Virus record (IMG/VR): IMGVR_UViG_3300006893_000274
Location: 1 to 41,461 of that record
Direction: 5' to 3' (one strand)
DNA from: a virus
Taxonomy: Duplodnaviria > Caudoviricetes
DNA: 41,461 nt
Shown here: piece after piece, positions 28,103 to 36,362 of the stretch
How positions within the stretch are numbered: the stretch's first letter is position 1
How the letters are laid out: each line of letters starts with the position of its first letter
Notes under the pieces: generated by a model
Databases searched by the model: none
Seen by the model: only the letters and a program-made list of their open reading frames with translations
Told to the model about the DNA's origin: nothing
Made by a program: the position numbers and the translations under genes

Positions 28103-28577
28103 ACGATGGGCGCTCCACTTGGAGCTACGCGACTCGTACGGGGTCGAGAACGAGGCCGATGCGTTCGCCGCGTTCCGGCGCGGCGAGTGGACCGAAGCGC
28201 TTGAACTGGAAGACCGGCAAGAGTGGGTCGAACTGATCGGGGCGGCGAACTCTCGGGGTGTCGAGGTCAGACGCGCCCGCATCGTCTCCATGCCCGTGAC
28301 GGAGTACATCCGCTATGAGCACGCCGGTACGCAACTCAACGTCGATGCTGGCGAACAAGTCCGCTGGCTTGAGCGACGGCAGGCGTCCGACCTGCGGCTC
28401 CCGGGTAATGACTTCTGGCTCTTTGACGAGACATTGATTCAGTTCAACGTCTTCGACGGACCCGGCAACTGGGCGCACACTGATTTCAGTGAGGACGCGA
28501 ACGTGATCGCGTTCTGCCTCGCCGCGTTCGAAGAGGTCTGGGCGCGTGCCGTGCCGCACGCCGAGTTCAAGATCTAG
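28056..28577 (+). CDS. DUF6879-family protein
   Basis: HLELRDSY, RRARIVSMPVTEYIRYE, GEQVRWL, LPGNDFWLFD and FEEVWARAVPH motifs. Confidence 0.85.
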   Translation: MSQRRQSFAERLATAERWALHLELRDSYGVENEADAFAAFRRGEWTEALELEDRQEWVELIGAANSRGVEVRRARIVSMPVTEYIRYEHAGTQLNVDAGEQVRWLERRQASDLRLPGNDFWLFDETLIQFNVFDGPGNWAHTDFSEDANVIAFCLAAFEEVWARAVPHAEFKI

Positions 28578-28589
28578 CGCAACCTGCAC

Positions 28590-29438
28590 ATGCCGACTTC
28601 CCCACTCTCGTCCGCCCAAGAGGCGCGCCGCAGGGTCGCCCGTGACCTTGAGTCAGTCCGGCTTGATGCCGGACTCAACAAGCGGGAACTTGCGGCGCGC
28701 TGCGGCTGGCACGAATCGAAGTCGAGCCGGATCGAGGGCGCCCGCACCGCGCCATCAGACGATGATATTCGCGTTTGGTGCCGTGCGTGCGGCGTCCCCG
28801 ATCGCGCCGCTGACATCATCGCGGCGAACCGCTCCGCGGGCTCTATGTACGTGCAATGGCGGAAGCGCCACGGCAGCGGAATGCGCCAGGCGCAAGAGGG
28901 CGCGCTACCGCGCTACGAGAGCACGTCAGCTTTCCGCATCTACTGCTCTAACGTCATGCCTGGCGTACTCCAGACGCCGGGCTACGCAACCGAGCTCATG
29001 AGCCTGATCACGGAGTTTCAGGGCACACCGAACGATGTCGAGACGGCCGTGCAAGCGCGCATGGAGCGCAGCAAGGCACTCCATCAGGCAGGCCACACGT
29101 TCGCCATCCTGCTAGAGCAGAGCGTCCTGTACTACCAGCCTGGCAAGCCCGAAACCATGGCTGGCCAACTCGGATGGCTGCTAGAAGCGATGTCGCTTCC
29201 CGCCGTGGCCCTCGGCGTAGTCCCCTGGTCAGCGAAGCGCGCCGTATGGCCACTCGAAGCGTTCTACGTGTTCGATGATCGCCTAGTCGTGACCGAGACG
29301 CTGACGGCAGAGATCAACGTGCAGCAGCCGGGCGAGATCAGCGACTACCTACGCGCATTCACCGAGCTGTCCAAAGCGGCCGTGTACGGCGCTTCCGCGC
29401 GCGCGCTGGTCACTGCGGCCATCAACTCCATCGGGTAG
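28590..29438 (+). CDS. XRE-family HTH regulator with DUF5753 domain
   Basis: N-terminal HTH (ELAARCGWHESKSSRIE); PGVLQTPGYA, R.ER, GQL..L and Y...F..L...A motifs. Confidence 0.9.
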   Translation: MPTSPLSSAQEARRRVARDLESVRLDAGLNKRELAARCGWHESKSSRIEGARTAPSDDDIRVWCRACGVPDRAADIIAANRSAGSMYVQWRKRHGSGMRQAQEGALPRYESTSAFRIYCSNVMPGVLQTPGYATELMSLITEFQGTPNDVETAVQARMERSKALHQAGHTFAILLEQSVLYYQPGKPETMAGQLGWLLEAMSLPAVALGVVPWSAKRAVWPLEAFYVFDDRLVVTETLTAEINVQQPGEISDYLRAFTELSKAAVYGASARALVTAAINSIG

Positions 29439-29535
29439 TTCCGTGCAAGTTCGTGCACGCGCATGGCCGTAGCGGTGCACCGGTTCTTACGCTGCTTTTC
29501 AGTGTCAGCATGCAAGGCAGCCTCAGGGGTGACCG

Positions 29536-29769
29536 ATGGCCGTTCAGACGTTCGATTCTCGCCAACCCGTAGCACTTACCGACCCGAGCGAGATCAAGCC
29601 GGGTGACTGGCTTGAAGACCTCGCGACATTGCGTCAGGTCGAGTCAGTGGACTCGATCGGAACGCTTCATGTCGTGCACTTCCTCTACCAAGACGGCATC
29701 CCGACTCTCGCGCGCGGCATTGCGAGCGGGACGGCGCTCACGGTGTGGAGGGACCTGCCCAGTGGCTGA
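29536..29769 (+). CDS. Hypothetical protein
   Basis: AGGGG RBS; SH3-like IKPGDWL...VESV pattern. Confidence 0.55.
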   Translation: MAVQTFDSRQPVALTDPSEIKPGDWLEDLATLRQVESVDSIGTLHVVHFLYQDGIPTLARGIASGTALTVWRDLPSG

Positions 29770-29961
29770 AGCGCTATTACGCGGGCGCCGTGATACCCCG
29801 ACTCGCCTGGGATGACCTCGGGGACGACCTGGCCCACTACGTCCGTGACCCAAGATTCCGTCTGCCATGGCGTCCCGTTCCCCTGTGGCCCACTGAGGTG
29901 AAGCGCATCCAGGAAGTCCTGAAGCTACTCGACCGACGCCCCCGACCCTGGGAGTCAGCAC

Positions 29962-30231
29962 GTGTTCAGCCTGATTGTGGAGATCAACGACTACCAGGTT
30001 GCTGGGTTCCCCTGTGCCGAACTTCCCGACGTCCGTGCACGCATTGAGCGGACGCTACGCGACCGGGGGCGAATGCCCGCTAAGGACGACTTCGATCGGC
30101 TCATGGAGGCCATGACGCGGACGCTTGAAAGCGCTTCGCGCTGGCAGTACGAAGCCCGCCGCGTCTCCATCATCGTGCGCCGGTATGAGCGGACCGCCGG
30201 CATAAGGTCTACCCCATCTGACCAGCACTAA
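29962..30231 (+). CDS. Hypothetical protein
   Basis: GGGAG RBS with GTG start. Confidence 0.55.
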   Translation: MFSLIVEINDYQVAGFPCAELPDVRARIERTLRDRGRMPAKDDFDRLMEAMTRTLESASRWQYEARRVSIIVRRYERTAGIRSTPSDQH

Positions 30232-30359
30232 CGCATTGGAGAACACCCGCGATGCGGGCAGGTTCACGATGCGCCCAAGCGCCCCCGACCCGTCGCGCCC
30301 GCACGCCTGGCGGGTTGGGGGGATTCCAACCCAACTCACGAAGCAGAAGGACACGGGCA

Positions 30360-30551
30360 ATGACGAATGAGAGGCCGCAGAGACCGGTGTCCACGGAGAC
30401 GAAGCAGCTGATCGCGGCGAACTTGGATGCGGACGCCGAATGGGCCGACTCGCACGGCTACCCGGAGGGTGCGGAGAACCTCAGGGGGCAGGCCACCAGG
30501 CATCGCGAAAGGAACGGCCTGCCAGCGAACGGGCAGCAACAGACCACCTGA
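30360..30551 (+). CDS. Hypothetical protein (63 aa)
   Basis: ATG after GAAGGA, within track ORF 30252..30551. Confidence 0.55.
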   Translation: MTNERPQRPVSTETKQLIAANLDADAEWADSHGYPEGAENLRGQATRHRERNGLPANGQQQTT

Positions 30552-30635
30552 CAGCACGCAAAGCGTCCCCGCCGGACAGTTGACCGCTTCCCCACCGCTG
30601 TCCGGCGGGGGCATCCACCACGAAGGAGAGAGACA

Positions 30636-31736
30636 GTGGACTCTCAGCTCATAGCTAGCCCGTTCCCGGACGGCTACGTCATCGTCCGGCCCGGCCGTGA
30701 CGGCGGAGTGCGTATCGGCTCCGCCCTCTACGCCGAGCTGCGCGACGCGCCCGCGGATGCCGCTGTCCCGGGGTGGCTTGCCGAAGCCGCAAGCAAGGGC
30801 CTCGGCGTGGACGTGGCGGGAAGCACGGTCGGCGACGCCGTCATGGTGCGCCCGGATACTCCGTACGGCTACGCCCGTGCGAGCTACGAACTCAACCTCG
30901 GGTGTAACTTCGATTGCGATCACTGCTACCTCGGGGAAAAGCGGTTCGATGGCCTGGAGTGGCCCGACCGCGAACGCCTCTTGCACACCTTCGCGGAATC
31001 GGGCGTTCTGTGGCTTCAGCTCACGGGCGGGGAACCCCTGATCGATTCGCTGTTCGAGGAGACGCACACCTACGCGTGGGGCCTCGGCATGATGATTCAG
31101 ATCTCTTCCAACGGATCGACGCTCTACCGGCCGAAGACGCTTGCCGTTCTGACGCGGTATCCGCCCTACCGCGTTACCCTCAGCATCTACGGCGGGACCG
31201 AAGCGTCATACGACGCCATGACCCGGCGCCGGGGTGCCTTCAAGAACTTCATGCGCGGCCTGGCCGCCGCCCACGAAGCCGGGCTCAATCTCCGGCTCAA
31301 CGTCATAGTGTCGCGGCACAACTCCCATGAGATCCCGCTCATGCATGAAATCGCCGAACGGTACGGCGCGTCCGCGCACGACTATCACCAGATCTCTCCC
31401 ACGATCCATGGCGGCGCAGAAGTTCTGCCGAGCCAGGCGAACGAGGTCAAGCGCGACAGGACGCACTACACCGGATGCAACGCGGGCATCACCCACTACC
31501 ACGCCGACCCGCACGGCCAAGCGTCCATCTGCAAGATCGGCCGACAGAACCAAATCGACCTGATCACGGAAGGGACGGCCGGGCTGTCCCGTCTCGCCGA
31601 GTTCGCCGCTGTCCAGAACACGCGGCATGGTGGTTGCGCGGGGTGCGGGCTTCAGAAGACGTGCAGCACCTGTATGCCGCTGGTGACCCTCTACCGGCAG
31701 GCAAAGGCGCCGCTCGAAAGGTACTGCCAACACTAG
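30636..31736 (+). CDS. Radical SAM/SPASM enzyme, probable RiPP maturase with N-terminal RRE-like domain
   Basis: CNFDCDHC (CX3CX2C), LTGGEP, SNG; C-terminal CX12GX4C...CX2CX5CX2CX17C seven-Cys SPASM-type motif; about 75-aa N-terminal extension. Confidence 0.92.
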   Translation: MDSQLIASPFPDGYVIVRPGRDGGVRIGSALYAELRDAPADAAVPGWLAEAASKGLGVDVAGSTVGDAVMVRPDTPYGYARASYELNLGCNFDCDHCYLGEKRFDGLEWPDRERLLHTFAESGVLWLQLTGGEPLIDSLFEETHTYAWGLGMMIQISSNGSTLYRPKTLAVLTRYPPYRVTLSIYGGTEASYDAMTRRRGAFKNFMRGLAAAHEAGLNLRLNVIVSRHNSHEIPLMHEIAERYGASAHDYHQISPTIHGGAEVLPSQANEVKRDRTHYTGCNAGITHYHADPHGQASICKIGRQNQIDLITEGTAGLSRLAEFAAVQNTRHGGCAGCGLQKTCSTCMPLVTLYRQAKAPLERYCQH

Positions 31737-31752
31737 AGAAAGTGAGGAACGC

Positions 31753-31941
31753 ATGGCCGCAGTCGCCGTAGCCCTGCTGACGCGCCCGCCTTCGGACCTG
31801 GCCGAGCTCCCTGGGTACCTGGTGCCCGAGAGCACGCTTGAGGAGATCAGCGCGGACGCGTTCGAGATCGTCACCGACACCGATAAGCTCCTGACGGCGT
31901 GCTCGTGCACGGCCAGCAGTGACCAGGTGTACAACAACTAG
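31753..31941 (+). CDS. Putative RiPP precursor peptide (62 aa)
   Basis: GAGGA RBS; starts 16 nt after the rSAM stop; acidic leader-like N-terminus and Cys/Ser/Thr-rich C-terminus TACSCTASSDQVYNN; followed by a stem-loop. Confidence 0.75.
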   Translation: MAAVAVALLTRPPSDLAELPGYLVPESTLEEISADAFEIVTDTDKLLTACSCTASSDQVYNN

Positions 31942-31948
31942 GCCAGCC

Positions 31949-31982
31949 GCCCAGGGGGCCGGGGCAACCCGGTCCCCTGGGC
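31949..31982 (+). promoter_or_regulatory. Stem-loop after the precursor gene
   Basis: GCCCAGGGGGCCGGG-GCAA-CCCGGTCCCCTGGGC with no U-tract. Confidence 0.65.
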
Positions 31983-32000
31983 TCGTCACAGGGGAACGCT

Positions 32001-32837
32001 GTGCAGCGCATTTCATGGGACGACGTGCCCGCTGAACTCGCCGAACTGATCGAGTCGCGTACCGGGCCGATCCTTGGCACATACACGGCCGCGTCCGGCC
32101 ACAACTCGCCGGTTGCCGCAACCGTGGTGACGGCCGAAGGAAAGACGTTCGTTAAGGGCTTGCCCAACGACAACCACGGCGTCAAGGGCCAGTTGAGGGA
32201 AATCGCGGTGGCGCCGCTCGTCGCCCACATCTCTCCGTGCCTGCGATGGCACTTCGACGCGGCCGGATGGACCGTCCTCGGTTACGAGCACATCGACGGG
32301 CGGCACGCCGACTACAGTCCGAACTCGCCGGACCCGGATGCCCTCCTGCCGGTGATCGAAGCACTCGGGCAGATCGAGGTAACAAAGCCAAGTCCGCTGT
32401 TCAAGCGTGCCGAAGACCGCTGGAAGACGTACGTCGAAGATGCAAGCGAGCTAGAAGCGTTCCGCGGATCTACCCTGCAACACACTGATTGGATCCCCCA
32501 GAATGTTCTAATCGCTCAGGGACGCGCTTACCTGGTCGATTGGGCGTGGCCGACCCTCGGTGCGGCATGGATGGACCCCGCCTATATGGTCATCCGACTG
32601 ATGGCATCCGGGCACAAGATCGGCGACGCTGAGGCATTCGCGGGCCGGATCCCCGCGTACGCCGATGCTGATCCGACGCACCTCGATTCGTTCGCCGCCG
32701 CCAACCTGCGGATGTGGGAAGAGATCGAGCGGCAAGCCATAGGCCACACAACAACGCCGTGGATGCGCTCCGTCGCCCTCGCCGCGCAGGAGTGGGCCGA
32801 GCATCGCCGGAACAGGACGCGGGTCTTCGCCCTCTAG
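32001..32837 (+). CDS. APH/choline-kinase-like phosphotransferase
   Basis: FVKG ATP-binding lysine, catalytic HTDWIPQN (HxDxxxxN) and LVDWA metal-binding motif. Confidence 0.88.
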   Translation: MQRISWDDVPAELAELIESRTGPILGTYTAASGHNSPVAATVVTAEGKTFVKGLPNDNHGVKGQLREIAVAPLVAHISPCLRWHFDAAGWTVLGYEHIDGRHADYSPNSPDPDALLPVIEALGQIEVTKPSPLFKRAEDRWKTYVEDASELEAFRGSTLQHTDWIPQNVLIAQGRAYLVDWAWPTLGAAWMDPAYMVIRLMASGHKIGDAEAFAGRIPAYADADPTHLDSFAAANLRMWEEIERQAIGHTTTPWMRSVALAAQEWAEHRRNRTRVFAL

Positions 32838-32897
32838 CACCCGCACCCGATTACGCTCCGCTCACGCCGGCCTGCACTCAGCGTGAGCGGACGGCAA

Positions 32898-32925
32898 AGA
32901 GCCCCCGGCAGTAGCCGGGGGCTCT
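32898..32925. terminator. Terminator between the cargo island and the replication arm
   Basis: AGAGCCCCCGGC-AGTA-GCCGGGGGCTCT between convergent genes. Confidence 0.75.
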
Positions 32926-32938
32926 GGCTTTACAGCGG

Positions 32939-33154
32939 CTATCGGAACAGGCGGAACACCATGTGGAGCGTGAGCCACACGCAGAATGCCCCGATGAAGA
33001 ATCGGGCGAACGTGGAGCCGCTTCCCTCTAAGTGCCACACCTGATCTGAGAGCGTGTATTGCGGCTGACGCGTCCACAACGCCCACAGTTCGAGCGGCAG
33101 AAAGCCCACGCAGATCCAGACGAGCCAGTAGACGCTAGCCCAGTTCCATCTCAA
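32939..33154 (-). CDS. Small membrane protein
   Basis: TTG start after GGGAGG; two TM helices; E.WAL......TLS..VW pattern. Confidence 0.65.
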   Translation of the reverse strand: MRWNWASVYWLVWICVGFLPLELWALWTRQPQYTLSDQVWHLEGSGSTFARFFIGAFCVWLTLHMVFRLFR

Positions 33155-33405
33155 TTCGGACCCTCCCTGAAAACGGTGACGTTGCGCGGGTCCACACCCC
33201 GCGCCTTCCCCGTGCTCGGCAACCCGTACGACTCTTCCGACCACTCGATATCGAGTAGGTCTCCCGGCTTGATCTCCGTTACCGTGCCGATCTTCCACTC
33301 GGCGTAGGACGACTTACCGTTGCGGTAAATCACCTTGGTAAAGACGCCGATCTCGTTGCCGCGCCAATCCCTCGGGCGCTCGTCAATCGCAGTACTCACG
33401 CTCAT
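33151..33405 (-). CDS. Hypothetical protein
   Basis: Overlap-coupled with neighbours on both sides. Confidence 0.65.
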   Translation of the reverse strand: MSVSTAIDERPRDWRGNEIGVFTKVIYRNGKSSYAEWKIGTVTEIKPGDLLDIEWSEESYGLPSTGKARGVDPRNVTVFREGPN

Positions 33406-33949
33406 TCCGCCCCCGTCCCTCGGTCCGCCAGTTCAGTTGCCGCGTCGCGGCTTCGATCGCGCGGCTAAGCCGCTTCTCCTCCGCGTCGGTCAGCGTCACG
33501 CCGAACAGATAGCGCCCCTCGATCACGGAGCGCTGGGAGTCCGTCAGCTTCTCGTAAACCGCGTCCAGGTCCCAGATGCCGCACGCGACGCCACCCGCAT
33601 ACACGGTGTCGTGGTGGTCCGGCAGAGCCTCCCGAGCGCCCTCGTCAAAGAAGCACTCACGGAACAGCGCCCGAACTTCCTGCGGCGTGTAGACGTATTC
33701 GCTGGACGCCATCATGAAGTCGTATCGCTCTTTGATGCAGTGCACACGGGCCACCCGTTCGGCCGCCGCCTTCATTAGCCGGTCATCCCCGGTGAGCGAA
33801 CCCCACTTTGGAAGTAGTTCAACCCAGATGTGTTGTTCGAGGTCTTCCACCTCGAAGCCGGGCCACGCCCGCGCCGTCCGGCGCGCAACGTCATTGAACA
33901 GCGGCCCGTACCGCTCCATGTCCGAAGCAGTAACCATCCCCGTACTCAT
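33383..33949 (-). CDS. Sigma-factor-like DNA-binding protein
   Basis: EVEDLEQHIWVELL (region-2-like) and DL..VYEKL...QR.VI..RY (region-4-like); follows the phosphoesterase as in cluster A actinophages. Confidence 0.7.
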   Translation of the reverse strand: MSTGMVTASDMERYGPLFNDVARRTARAWPGFEVEDLEQHIWVELLPKWGSLTGDDRLMKAAAERVARVHCIKERYDFMMASSEYVYTPQEVRALFRECFFDEGAREALPDHHDTVYAGGVACGIWDLDAVYEKLTDSQRSVIEGRYLFGVTLTDAEEKRLSRAIEAATRQLNWRTEGRGRNEREYCD

Positions 33950-34719
33950 TAGCGCCCCGCCTTTCCGAACCACTCGCCCCCGAAGTAGAACCCGCCGCCC
34001 CGTACGTACACGACTTCCGGAATGGTCTCCGAGCCGCGAACGCGGAGAACGCCGAAAGCCTGTTGCCAGTTAGCCGCGCCCTTGCGGAGATACGCGTTAC
34101 CCGGCCCGTACTTCATAGCGTTGCCGACCTCAAGGCCGTAGAGCGGCCGTGTGCGGCCGTTGTAGCCGTAGCTCTTGGCCAGTAGCGCGGCGCGGTGCGT
34201 GTGGCCGCACACGACGCTCTTACCGATGCTGTCGGCAAGCTTCATCGCGGTCTCTCCCGCCCTACTGGAGAATCCGCCCTCGTCCCCGTGCGCGCACACC
34301 CAACCGGGCGCCACGTCGAAGATGTCGTGCTCTACCCGGACGTCGTACTCGTCGGCCCGGAGCAGCCTCTCTAGCTTCAGCTCATCGAAGCAATCGAGCG
34401 CCGGGGCGTAACGCCTGATGTACTCCTGGACGCGCCGGTCGTGGTTGCCGACCTTCAGATGGAACGGGCCGTCATACACGGCCCGAAGGTCACGGAGCCA
34501 CTGGCGGGTAGTCTCGAACGAGTCCGCCAGCGTGCCCGCGTACTCACCGGCCGCGCCCCTGTTCCAGCGCGACGGCTCGGGCTCGTCGATCAGGTCCCCT
34601 ACGTGGATCACCTTGTCCGGCTGAACTTCCCCAATGAACCGGACCATCAGGCGCGTGAGCGCCGGATCGTGAAACGGGACCTGAAAGTCCGGCAGGGCGA
34701 TGATGAGTTGGTCAGTCAA
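33949..34719 (-). CDS. Calcineurin-like metallophosphoesterase
   Basis: PDFQ, GDLID, GNHD, HGD and GHTH motifs. Confidence 0.9.
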   Translation of the reverse strand: MTDQLIIALPDFQVPFHDPALTRLMVRFIGEVQPDKVIHVGDLIDEPEPSRWNRGAAGEYAGTLADSFETTRQWLRDLRAVYDGPFHLKVGNHDRRVQEYIRRYAPALDCFDELKLERLLRADEYDVRVEHDIFDVAPGWVCAHGDEGGFSSRAGETAMKLADSIGKSVVCGHTHRAALLAKSYGYNGRTRPLYGLEVGNAMKYGPGNAYLRKGAANWQQAFGVLRVRGSETIPEVVYVRGGGFYFGGEWFGKAGR

Positions 34720-35035
34720 GGTCGGTTCCCCCCTCGTCGGCCGCGTCGGCGCCGTGGCCGAGTGCGGGCATGGCGCGCCCGATGATGAGGGCGACTTCCA
34801 CGGAGCCGGGGAACTCCTCGTCCCGGAAGACCGCGACGCGGCCGAGCTGCGCGAAGCTGGCTTCCGGCTGCTCCAACATCAGACCGACAAGGTTGTCTAT
34901 GTTCGCGCCGATCTCCTCGGGCAGCGGGTAGACACCGGCCGTATCGGCCAGTTGCCAGCCCTTCGCCGTGAAGACCCCGGCAAGCTCGTCAACCGACAGG
35001 TCAAGCTCAAAGTCCATCTCGTCAACAGTGGTCAC
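34712..35035 (-). CDS. Hypothetical acidic protein
   Basis: Overlap-coupled within the operon. Confidence 0.65.
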   Translation of the reverse strand: MTTVDEMDFELDLSVDELAGVFTAKGWQLADTAGVYPLPEEIGANIDNLVGLMLEQPEASFAQLGRVAVFRDEEFPGSVEVALIIGRAMPALGHGADAADEGGTDLD

Positions 35036-35496
35036 AGGATGCCCCCGTTCTTCTCGGCCGCGTCCAGCGCGGAAAGGATTCGCTGAAGCCGGATGTGCAG
35101 CATTCCGGCATACACCCCGAGGTCTTCGACCTCTTCCATGGCCGCCACGAGGATTTCGCGCGGCGCCATGTCTTCGAACTTCTGAGACTCCCCGTTCGAG
35201 TAGGCCCGGCCCACCGTGACGATGCGCCGGTAAGCCCGCTTGATGAAGGCTGTAAAGCCATCCCCGAGCTGTTCCGGCGTCATGCCGTACCGCAGCACGT
35301 CCACCGGGGAATTCAACGGCTCTAGCTCGGTCTCGTCGTAGTCGTAGACGAGTACTGACTTCAGCCGATCCCCGTTCGGGTCCGTGTCCACTGTCACGAT
35401 GTAGAACGGCCGTCCGGGAGACGGCTCCAACTGAATCGACCCCGTGTAGCCGGAAGCGATGATGCGGATGCGCTCACCCCTCAGGTACTTAGGCAT
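35032..35496 (-). CDS. Hypothetical protein; C-terminus resembles all-alpha NTP pyrophosphatases
   Basis: GRAYS....QKFE...AMEEVEDLGVYA (EExxD). Confidence 0.55.
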   Translation of the reverse strand: MPKYLRGERIRIIASGYTGSIQLEPSPGRPFYIVTVDTDPNGDRLKSVLVYDYDETELEPLNSPVDVLRYGMTPEQLGDGFTAFIKRAYRRIVTVGRAYSNGESQKFEDMAPREILVAAMEEVEDLGVYAGMLHIRLQRILSALDAAEKNGGIL

Positions 35497-36142
35497 GTTC
35501 AACCCCAATCAGCTTGTATAGGGCGTTACGCCCGTTCTCCAGTAGGAACGAATTCGCGTCGTGCTCCCCCGGCATGGGCGCGATTCGCGCGCCCTCGACC
35601 TGTTCCGCGACCTTTTCCGCCAGGCCCATACCGGCGCCCTTGTCGTCTGTGTCCGCCAGGATGAACACGGCGTCATAGCCCTGGAAGCAAAAGGCAAACC
35701 ACCTTTGCCAGCCCTCAGCGCCAGGAATACCCACGGCCGGTAATCCGGCCTGAGTGACAGCGATCGTGTCTAGTTCGCCCTCGCACACGCACAGGAAGGG
35801 CTCAGGGCGGCCGAACGCGGCCACGTTGAACAGCCGTAGCCCGTCCCCCGGCTCAGACAGGTACTTGGGTTGCGCCGTGGATCCGTCCGGCCCGGGGAGT
35901 CTCCGGAAGCGGATAGCGACCGGCCCCGCCGGGGTCACATACGGGACGGCCAGCATCCCCCGATAGCGCTCATGACCCGGCAAAGGGTCGGCGACGTGGC
36001 CGAGCCGAAAATAGGTCTGGCTGTCCGGCGTGAGGCCCCTCGTCCTCAAATACTCGTCTGCGGCGCTGTTTGGCATTACCGCCGCGTACCTCGCGGTAGC
36101 TTCCGCCAAATACTCTCTCCGCGAAGTCGAGAGCTTCGGCAA
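35489..36142 (-). CDS. DNA primase, TOPRIM part
   Basis: YL..RGL, PKY, CEGELD and ADTDDKGAG motifs; TTG start after GGAGGGG. Confidence 0.9.
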   Translation of the reverse strand: MPKLSTSRREYLAEATARYAAVMPNSAADEYLRTRGLTPDSQTYFRLGHVADPLPGHERYRGMLAVPYVTPAGPVAIRFRRLPGPDGSTAQPKYLSEPGDGLRLFNVAAFGRPEPFLCVCEGELDTIAVTQAGLPAVGIPGAEGWQRWFAFCFQGYDAVFILADTDDKGAGMGLAEKVAEQVEGARIAPMPGEHDANSFLLENGRNALYKLIGVEHA

Positions 36143-36359
36143 ACGTGATCCCCTCCCTCAGCATGATTAAGGCGATCGAGTCGCCAGCAACACCGCATGT
36201 GAAGCAGTGAAAAAGGTTCTTGTCGAAGTGCACCGAGGCGGACGCGTTGCGGTCGTCCCCATGGAAAGGGCAGCGCACCTTGCGCTGCCCCCCGTTCTCG
36301 AACACGTCGGCCCCGTAGTACGTGAGTACTTCCGCGATGCGCGGCTGAGCCTGAGGCAT
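35970..36359 (-). CDS. DNA primase, CHC2 zinc-finger part
   Basis: CPFHGDDRNAS...FHCFTCG...GD.I.L....EG..F.EA. Confidence 0.88.
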   Translation of the reverse strand: MPQAQPRIAEVLTYYGADVFENGGQRKVRCPFHGDDRNASASVHFDKNLFHCFTCGVAGDSIALIMLREGITFAEALDFAERVFGGSYREVRGGNAKQRRRRVFEDEGPHAGQPDLFSARPRRRPFAGS

Positions 36360-36362
36360 TGG

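Noticed and set aside
29745-30047. 100-aa ORF in the cargo island
   Set aside because: Overlaps both neighbours and has no clear start signal; part may be coding but I cannot support it.
30636-32837. rSAM plus kinase as a prokaryotic viperin antiviral system
   Set aside because: The enzyme has a seven-Cys SPASM-type tail, an RRE-like N-terminus and an adjacent peptide gene, and the kinase is APH-fold rather than a P-loop nucleotide kinase; a RiPP reading fits better.
32001-32837. Aminoglycoside resistance gene
   Set aside because: Only the generic APH-fold motifs are visible; context points to a pathway kinase and resistance cannot be inferred.
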